DNA of 48,607 nt from assembly GCA_033442325.1 (NCBI GenBank), contig JAWQFM010000019.1, positions 95,046 through 143,652 on the forward strand. Reading direction: 5' to 3'. A model generated the notes under the pieces. The model saw nothing but the letters and a program-made list of their open reading frames with translations, was not told the origin of the DNA and ran no database searches. Made by a program: the position numbers and the translations under genes. This DNA is from Salpingoeca rosetta (Eukaryota > Protista > Choanoflagellata). Shown here in pieces: positions 16,378-48,607 of the stretch. Position 1 is the stretch's first letter. Every line of letters begins with the position of its first letter.

Positions 16378-16704
16378 CATTCTGATTTATGTTAAGGCGT
16401 GATTCCCACTCCACTCATGTGCTCCTCCTGAATTTTGAGTTCCTGCCCTGCGTCTTTGGAGGGAGCTGACGGACCGCTCCAAACCGAACCTTCTTCGGCA
16501 CTTTCTTGATGCATTGGGTTGTTTGCTTTGTGTGGCGCCTGTTTCGACGTCAAGGAGTTCATTGACGAATACATACGAAGAGCGCAAGGAAGTGGTGTTC
16601 AGCGTACACCGTCACAAGAAGGAGGCGCTCGTCGACCTCCACAAACAGACACACACACACGCACCAATTTTCATGTATGCAATTTCCACCGCTTTCAGCA
16701 ATTC

Positions 16705-16777
16705 GGGGCTGTAGCTCAAGTGGTAGAGCGCTCGCTTAGCATGCGAGAGGTACCGGGATCGATACCCGGCAGCTCCA
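16705..16777 (+). tRNA. tRNA-Ala (anticodon AGC), identical to the copy at 10815-10887
   Basis: Same 73-nt sequence GGGGCTGTAGCTCAAGTGG...CGGCAGCTCCA on the + strand. Confidence 0.96.
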
Positions 16778-16789
16778 ATGCTGTTTCAA

Positions 16790-16797
16790 TTTTTTTT
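16790..16797 (+). terminator. Pol III T-run terminator of the right tRNA-Ala
   Basis: T8 starting 13 nt after the tRNA 3' end. Confidence 0.7.
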
Positions 16798-16887
16798 CAT
16801 TTTGGGCAGAAGAAGCAGTCTATCAACTGTGTCACAGCTTGCTCCATTCCTCACACCACACGCCCTCACTCAGCATCAGCGAGCGCG

Positions 16888-17103
16888 ATGTTCAAGTTCA
16901 AGGACTGGGCCGGCGGTGGCAGTGGCGGTGGAGGCAGAAGCCGGTCACAGCAGTCAGCGCAGGACTCATCACCAGCAGGCGAAGCATCAGACGGGAGCCA
17001 AGTGCGTGTGCATGCTGCGATGTTGTGCATGCTGCGATGTTGTATGTATGTTGCTGTTCCTTTGCCGCATGGCCAGCTGTCTCCAACACACACACACACA
17101 CAC

Positions 17104-17177
<74 letters not shown>

Positions 17178-17536
17178 TCTCTCTCTCTCATTCAGGCGTC
17201 GTCGTTATCCCGGGATCAGCTGCTCCAGCGACTACACACACTCTCGGAGAAGAACGAACGCTTTGAGCTGAGATTCAGAGGTTCGCACCACCACTTGACA
17301 CTTTGATACACCACTCGACACCGACCGCCACGCCGTGCGTTTATCCGACGTGCCTGGCGCACAGCTCACTTCACGCACGCACTTGTTCTTCACAGATGTT
17401 GTCGCCGCTTACAAGTCGCTGCTGAAGGAGAAGCAGGCGCTAGAACTGACGGTACGGGTGTCTTGCGCCATATCGCACGGCAGCGATTGCGCACCTCTGC
17501 CTTTCTCAAACCCATCACTTACACTTTCCCCTTGCA

Positions 17537-17628
<92 letters not shown>

Positions 17629-18645
17629 CAGGTTAGCGCATTGACGGGGAGTGGGGAGGCTGAGACGCCGCAACCAGCGCCTGCACAAGCAACAGCGTCA
17701 AGTGGTACAACAGCATCTCCGTCAGGGGATGAAGCAGATGGCGAAGCAACCCAGGACAAGCCAACAGGCGCTGACAGCACACCTGAGGATGCCGGCAAGA
17801 GGTGCACACCAAAACCCATATGTGTGTGTGTGTGTGTGGTGTTGTCGCGGAGGTGTGCTGGAAGCGCACTCACGCTTTGCGCGTGTAACTCATCGCACCA
17901 CATTGCAGTGCCGAAGAGAGCGAAGCCGGTGACATTGCGGCCACGTCGGCATCAGAGGAGCAGCCGCCTGACGCGGGTGCGTCTGCGAGTGCCCTCACCT
18001 CCCTCAAGCAGGCCATCCAGACCTTGACGCAAGAGAAGGCCACCATCATGGAGCGGTGCGTGCGCGTGTGTGTGCGTGTGTACATGTGTGTGTGTGTGTG
18101 TGTGCTTGCGTGTGTGCGTGTGTACATCTGTGTGTGTGCGTGCGTGTGTACGTTTACGTCTGTGGGTTTACGTGTACAGTTCACATCACGTCTTCATCTT
18201 CCTCTCTAATCATCGTCCTCTGATAGGTTCCAACAGGACAAGCGAATCAGCGCCGAGAACCACCGGCGCGAGCTCGAGCAACTGCACACAAAGGTACGAA
18301 CACCGCATGCGCTTGCACGCGTGAGGTGGTATCAAATTGAACCATTGCGATGGCCAAAGCAAGCAACCAAACACATCACATAATGACTTGGTCGTCGCTC
18401 TCTTCCTCCTCCTCCTCCTCCTCCTCCTCCTCCTCCTCCTCCTCCTCCCCCTCGCCTTCCTTCCCTCCCTCTTCCTCGCTCGCTTGCTTGCCAGTTTGAG
18501 AATGCGTTGGCGCAAGAACAGGAGAAGACACAGGAACTGAACGACAAGTGCTCGCGACTTGAGAAGCAGGTGTGAAGCCCGTCGTAGCTGCGCTGTGTAT
18601 CAAGTTGTGCGCTGTTGCATAACACTTGACATGTCACCCCACGAG

Positions 18646-18690
<45 letters not shown>

Positions 18691-20678
18691 CTCATCGCCT
18701 GCTTTGACTTTTCACATATGTACGCCTACACGCGTGTGCCACACACACACACACACATACACACACACACACCCACACACATGCACATGCACACACACTT
18801 GTCATTGCCTGCTGTTCAGGTTGAGTCGCTGACGCAGCAGCTGTCGATTGCACATCAGTCCAACGACGAGAAGGACGCGAAGATCAAGGATCTCAGAGAA
18901 GTGAGTGTATGCAACGCATAGGGGAAACACACGTCCACTTGCACATGCGGATTCGTGTGTGCATGTATGTGTGTGTGTGTGTGTCCGTGCACGAGACTAT
19001 AACACATCCATCAACCTGCTCCTCCATTTGTCCAACACCAAACCACTCTCATCCTACCATCATCCTCCTCCCCCCTCCATCGTTCTACCAGGCACACGCG
19101 GCCGAGGTAGCGCGGCTGCGAGAGGAGCTGGTGCCTGTGGATACGGACGTGCAGAAGCGACTGCTGGATCTGAACGACAAATTGCAGACGGCGCGAGATG
19201 CCGAGATTGAGGCCATCACCAAACTCAACGACGAGGCGGCACGCAACAGGGTGAGTCGCCCCTGACGCTACTGGTCATGTGTATGCGTGTGTGTGTGTGT
19301 GTATGCGTGTGTGTGTGTGTGTGTGATTGAGTGTGTATTCGTGCGTGTACGTGAGTGTGCGTGTTCTTGTATGTAAGTGTGCGTGTGCTTGTATGTGTGT
19401 GCATGTGCTTGGGTGCGTGTGTTTGTTTGTGATCTTATCTGACTACTATACGTCCACACAGCACGCGCGTGTAGCCTTGCTGCACTTTTTCTTCCCTCCC
19501 TCACATCCATGTCCGCATCGTCACTCCACACACAGGAGCGGGAGCTTGCGCTTGAGCAGGAGTTGTCGCGACTGAAGGCGCGAGCGGCCTCGGCAGAGTA
19601 CAGAGGAGAGAGCAAGGCCATGCTCAAGCTCAAGGCTGTACGTCTCCGTATGTGTGGGAATGTGTGATTGTGCGTGTGTGTGCACATGTGTGATTGAATG
19701 CGTGCATATATGTGTGTATGTGTGTATGTGTGTGTGTGTATGTGTGTATGTTTGTGTGTGTAAAGTGGTTGCAAAGTGCTACAGCGTGCATACACCGTCT
19801 GGTGCACGCGTGAAGAACACATGTCTGTGCTTACCTCCATCCTCTGTTCCCATCGCCCATCAGGAGTTGGTGGCGCAGCAGAAGGAAGTTGAGCGATGGA
19901 AGGAGGCAGCAGAGGCCGCACAACAGGGCAAGGTGTGTGTGTGTGTGTGTGCTTGTGTGTGTGCTTGTGTGTGTGTGTGCATTGGGGTGAAAGTAGGCGA
20001 ATCTGAATGTGCGTGCGGGCTGTAATCGTTCGCTTCCTTGTCTCATCATCTGACACGCCACCTTCATCTTCGTTGACCGTACCACCCATCCTCAACGCAC
20101 CATCTCCTCCAGGACCAAGCGCTGCTGGCCGCCCAACAACAGATACAGGAGGCACAACAGCGGGCGGAGTTTACGGTGCAGCAGCAGCAGCACTCCATGC
20201 AGCTAGACAGCAGGGAGAAGGACCTGCAGGTGCGAAAATGCGTCATGTGTGTGTGGGTGGGTTGTGCGTGCGTGTGCGTGGGTGGGTGGGTTGTGCGTGC
20301 GTGTGTGTGCGTGTGTGGGTTGTGTGTGTGTGTGTGTGTGGGTTGTGCGTGTTTGCATTTGTGTGTGGGTTGTGCGTGCTGTGCGTGTTTGAATTTTACA
20401 TGCGTGTGTGTATGTGTCTGCGTGTGTTTGCATATGTTTGTATTTGTGCTCGTCTCGTGCCTTTATTCATTTACGCTGACCACCACCACCACCACCACCA
20501 CGCCCACGCGTCTCGCCATCTGCGCCTTCGTCCGGGTTTGAACAGGAGAAGAGGATTGTTGAACTGTCGAATATGATTAGCAGATACGAGCACTCCCGAT
20601 TGGAGGACCAGAAGGTGATGGACGCAGGACACGCATGGTGTCGTGGGATCGTGCGCAGGCACATGTGTGATTTGTGTG

Positions 20679-20756
<78 letters not shown>

Positions 20757-21257
20757 CAAGTGGCTTGAACGTTGTGCGGACCTCACACCGATTCTCACAC
20801 CCGTTCTCACACCCATTCTCACACCCGTTCTCACACCCGTTCTCACGCCACTTCCGCCCCATCTTCCCCTTCAGAAAATCGACGCTCTTCGCGATGAAAC
20901 GTCCGATTACAAGGATCAGGTCTTTGCCCTCAGAGAACGCGTCAAGGTACGTGCGAGAGGGTGTGCCATGTGTGTGTGTGTCTGTGTGTGTGTGTGGGGC
21001 TGAGCGCGCATATGTTCACCGCATTCAGTGTGCGTGTGTGTGTGTGTGCGCAATGGAACATCGTGTTCCGCGCTTTGTGTTGCCAACATCCACACCCAAT
21101 TGACCCCCCCCCCCTCCACGTCACCACAGGAATTGCAGGATGCACTGGACGAGGACGACAAAATTGTCATCGCCAAACTCCAGGACACGGTTCGTTACAC
21201 CATGGTGCACACCACAATTGTACACGCGCACATCAACACAAAACAGACTTGCACGCG

Positions 21258-21332
<75 letters not shown>

Positions 21333-21424
21333 CAACACAACACAAAACAGACTTGCACACACGCACACACGCACACACACACACACACACACAACACAAC
21401 ACACACACACACACAACACAACAC

Positions 21425-21457
<33 letters not shown>

Positions 21458-21964
21458 CACGAACCCATCCAACTTGCTTCCTGCCTCCCTTTTCAGATTT
21501 CGCGGCTCAAGTCGCGATTGCATCATGCGCTGAGTGCCAATCACGCCGACGGGGCGGAGGAGGAGCCCGAGGGTGACGGTGTGGTTCGCCAACCGTCCTG
21601 GCTCAGGGAGGACACTGATGATGAAGACGCCATGACGCAGGCAGATAGCGACATTGTGAGGCGTGGATGCATGGGCGTGGGTGCGTGGGTGGGTGGATGT
21701 GTGGACGTGTGTGTGTGCGCATGAACGCGTGAACGTGTGTGCTTGTGTCATACACGCACTGTATCCAACACAAACCCATTCTAATCACTACATCGTCTCC
21801 CTATCTCCTTCTCTCTCCTTCCACTGTGCAGACTGCTGATCTTCAGGCGAATCTGGACGCAGCGCGACAGGAGGCGATGGCGTACTACAAAAAGGCCAAG
21901 GTGCGCGAACAGTCGAGAAGGGCAACTTCACTTGCGTCATGCACACACACACACGCACACACAT

Positions 21965-22033
<69 letters not shown>

Positions 22034-23127
22034 ACCNNNNNNNNNNNNNNNNNNNNNNNNNNNNNNNNNNNNNNNNNNNNNNNNNNNNNNNNNNNNNNNN
22101 NNNNNNNNNNNNNNNNNNNNNNNNNNNNNNNNNNNNCCCTCCTTCCCCCTCTCTCTCTCTCGATCTCCCACTCACACACACGTCGCCGTGAGCAGGGACC
22201 TGAGCCAGCAGAAATAACGAGCTGAGCCGGCAAGTTGCGATCCTGACACGGCAGCGGGGACAAACTGGAGTCATCGCTGCGGGGCAACGGCGGAGCAGCA
22301 GGAGGCCGCCATGAAGGACGCGTGTGATCGATGGGAGTCAGAGAAGGAGGCTGTCAGGAGCGAGTACGTATCATTGGGGAAACGTGTTGAGGAGGAAGGG
22401 GGCACGTTTTTGGCGTGTTTCTGGTGTCGCGTTGCTGTTCAGTCCCCTCGTTCATGTTTCACATCCCCCAACACACACTCACACACACTCACTCACACAC
22501 ACACACACACACACACACAATTGCAGGCTGGAGTCTGAGATTTCGCGGTTGAAATCGGAGCACCGGAAAGCGGTGGAAGAATTGCACGTGAAACAGCAGC
22601 GGACGCGACAGAGACAGATGGCTCTGCTCGCTGACAAGGTGCAGATGGTTGATTGTTGTTGTCGTCATGTCAGCACTTCAATGCACCAACGCGATCGTCA
22701 TGTCAGCGAACTCCTCTGCGATGCTTCTCTGTCTCCACCACCACTGTCTTCACCACCAACTCACAACGATTATGGACCACATTGTTCCCATCGCCACGTG
22801 CATGTCAGGACGCCGAGATTTCGCGTCTTCGCGGCAGTTCATCGGGAGTGGCAACGCTGACGGTTCAATCACCGTCGTCATCGTCAACACCGCCATCGCC
22901 ATCAAAGACGACGGGGGATGCGCAGCGGCCGGCACCACGCGACGTGTTGCGGACGGGGGATCCTCTTCTCCACATCAACAACCTCGAGGTGTCTTGGGCT
23001 TGGGCTTTGGCATGTTGGTGGTTGGAGCCTCGCCTGGGGTATGGTCGCAGGCTTGCGCTCACTCGCCTGTTCACTCTGATGTTCACTCACTCACTCCCCA
23101 CTTACTCGCACTCACTCACTCACTCAC

Positions 23128-23162
<35 letters not shown>

Positions 23163-23781
23163 ACTGTCAGGCCGATCACATGAATCAGCGGGAGGTTGCG
23201 CGTCAACGAGAACGTGAACTGACGGGAAAATGCATCCAACTCGAAGAGGCAAACGCATCTCTGCAGACAAAGCTCAATCTCTTGCAGGTAATGGGCAGTA
23301 GAGTGGTGATTGGTTGGAGTGCTGTGCAATGAACCACGGCTCGGATGTACATGTACATATNNNNNNNNNNNNNNNNNNNNNNNNNNNNNNNNNNNNNNNN
23401 NNNNNNNNNNNNNNNNNNNNNNNNNNNNNNNNNNNNNNNNNNNNNNNNNNNNNNNNNNNNNNNNNNNNNNNNNNNNNNNNNNNNNNNNNNNNNNNNNNNN
23501 NNNNNNNNNNNNNNNNNNNNNNNNNNNNNNNNNNNNNNNNNNNNNNNNNNNNNNNNNNNNNNNNNNNNNNNNNNNNNNNNNNNNNNNNNNNNNNNNNNNN
23601 NNNNNNNNNNNNNNNNNNNNNNNNNNNNNNNNNNNNNNNNNNNNNNNNNNNNNNNNNNNNNNNNNNNNNNNNNNNNNNNNNNNNNNNNNNNNNNNNNNNN
23701 NNNNNNNNNNNNNNNNNNNNNNNNNNNNNNNNNNNNNNNNNNNNNNNNNNNNNNNNNNNNNNNNNNNNNNNNNNNNNNNNN

Positions 23782-23848
<67 letters not shown>

Positions 23849-24222
23849 ATGCACAGGAGGAGGTGCGTCGCTTCGAGCGGAATTCAAGACGGGAGGGCGC
23901 GAATTTGGAATACCTCAAGAACATCGTCTACAAGTACATGATCACAGACATGGGTCGTGACAGGTGAGGGCATACACACACACACACACACGTGTGTGCT
24001 CTTCGTTGAATGCCTTGGGCATACGTTGGCTTGCGTGTACTCAACTCGCTTGTTGCCTCTTCCTTTGTGCTTCCATTCACACACACACACACACACACAC
24101 GCACGCACGCACGCAACAGGATGGCCAAAGCGATTGCTGCTGTGTTGCAGTTCAGTCCAGAGGAGGAGAGACGGGTGATGGCCGCGTGCAGTTCAACACA
24201 GCAGTCGTCGTGGCTGTGGTAG
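16888..24222 (+). CDS. GCC1: GRIP and coiled-coil domain golgin (GCC88-like), multi-exon
   Basis: N-terminal RFRDVVAAYKSLLKEKQALE, many short coiled-coil exons, and a C-terminal GRIP domain REGANLEYLKNIVYKYM...AIAAVLQFSPEEERRV...SWLW* match recalled GCC88 motifs (DVVRAYKSLLKEKEALE; REGANLEYLKNIIYRF). Confidence 0.88.
20782..20841. repeat. Intronic 12-bp minisatellite CTCACACCCGTT x5
   Basis: Five head-to-tail near-identical units inside a GCC1 intron. Confidence 0.85.
22037..22136. other. Assembly gap (100 N)
   Basis: N run next to a (CA)n tract. Confidence 1.
23361..23781. other. Assembly gap (421 N)
   Basis: N run inside a GCC1 intron. Confidence 1.
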
Positions 24223-24629
24223 CAGTGCAAACTACAAAGCTGCAAAGCTGTGCGAAAAGACATATGCACACGTGTGCATGTGCATGTGTGTGCGAGTAGA
24301 TCAGGTTACTTTTGTGTGTACATATCTCTGCCCCTCGTGTGTTTGGTTGGTTGTGTCACATCAGCGCGTGGATGGAGGAGGTGCGGTTACAAGTCATCAT
24401 CGTCCATTCCATCACTGCCACGTCTTCATGTTCATTTTCAAATGGATGTGTACAGTGAACAACGCAAGCGCTACGACGAAAACAACAACCAATAAGCAAA
24501 GTGTCTACTATGAAGCAAAGTGCGAGAAAGCAAAGTATGCGTGGATGTGTCTTGCAGTGACGACAACAACGGAAACAACAAAGTCGATGAAAAGCAACCA
24601 AATCGACACTCAAACCCAGACTTTGATGA

Positions 24630-35934
<11,305 letters not shown>

Positions 35935-36504
35935 GCTGCCACGCTGTTGCTCGTTGTTTGTTTGGTCACTTGTGTCTACCAATCAACAGAGGCACCCAGC
36001 AGCAGCAGCACCTGTCGCTAGCCACGACTTGTGGCCTCCTCCTCTCCTCTCCTCAAACGGCCACTCAACCAAACTCCACCAGCCAAGCCAGTCAAGTGGA
36101 GTGGAGAGCCAGTCGAGCGTCAAGTGTCCCCACGCCACACACACAAACAAACACACACACTTGCTTCCCCCTTCGTCTTGTTCGTCTTCAACGTTTCAAT
36201 GCACAAAAAAACCTTTTGCCATTCATTCACACACACACACACACACAGCAGTTGAGAGTGGTGTGCTGGTGTGCTGAGGACCTTTGTTGCTGTTGCTGGC
36301 TATCGTCGTTGACTGCTGGCGGCTTTGGACGTGCGTGCGTGTGTGGACGGTGCAGGGGTCTGTCTGACAACTGCAGGCGATAGACATTGGCGCTGCCTGG
36401 ACGCAGTGGCTGACACCACGCCCACATCAATGGAGTGACACCCGTCGCTTGCACAACCCATCATAAGCAACCCCCCCCCCACCCTCCCAATCGACCCATC
36501 GGTC

Positions 36505-42963
<6,459 letters not shown>

Positions 42964-43167
42964 ACAATAGTCCACACAACGCAAGCCAAATCAGTTGCGT
43001 GTGTCGGTTGCTGCTGGTTCTTGCCATTATCGCATCGTGCGTTGTGGTGGTTGTGACACAAACTGGGGGTGGATGCATGTGAGACGCGTGGTGCACACAG
43101 TAGGATACAGCGCGGCACAGCATACCATCAAAGTGGGTTTGTGGTCCCATCTGCTCGCCTCCTTTGC

Positions 43168-48607
<5,440 letters not shown>

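Noticed and set aside
10815-16777. DNA transposon with 73-bp terminal inverted repeats
   Set aside because: The repeats are complete tRNA genes with terminators. No transposase, integrase or RT and no target-site duplication is visible.
20782-20841. CRISPR-like repeat array
   Set aside because: 12-bp head-to-tail units with no spacers, inside a eukaryotic intron, and no cas genes.

Overview
Intron-rich, gene-dense eukaryotic DNA saturated with (CA)n/(GT)n microsatellites. Style and gene content suggest a choanoflagellate such as Salpingoeca rosetta (inference, not verified). Almost all short ORFs in the supplied track are microsatellite artefacts. Manual exon reading gives eight spliced protein genes: a secreted protein (-, runs off the left edge), dynactin p62/DCTN4 (-), an ankyrin-repeat protein (+), a TIR-SAM-LRR-Roc-COR (Roco) gene (+), the GRIP golgin GCC1/GCC88 (+), a FAK-family FERM-pseudokinase-FAT gene (-), the Na+/H+ exchanger NHE8/SLC9A8 (+) and a B-box/DUF2009 gene (+, runs off the right edge). 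There are also two identical tRNA-Ala(AGC) genes. The standout is a ~6-kb cassette in which the two tRNAs point outward and bracket only the Roco gene. That gene has an N-terminal TIR with a Glu at the catalytic position, a SAM-like domain, one-LRR-per-exon symmetric modules and a DAPK-like Roc-COR with a frameshift. A possible eroded death domain follows. It is a candidate NLR-analogous immune receptor. The second highlight is a full-architecture FAK whose kinase has lost its catalytic motifs. All homology calls come from recalled motifs; no searches were run.
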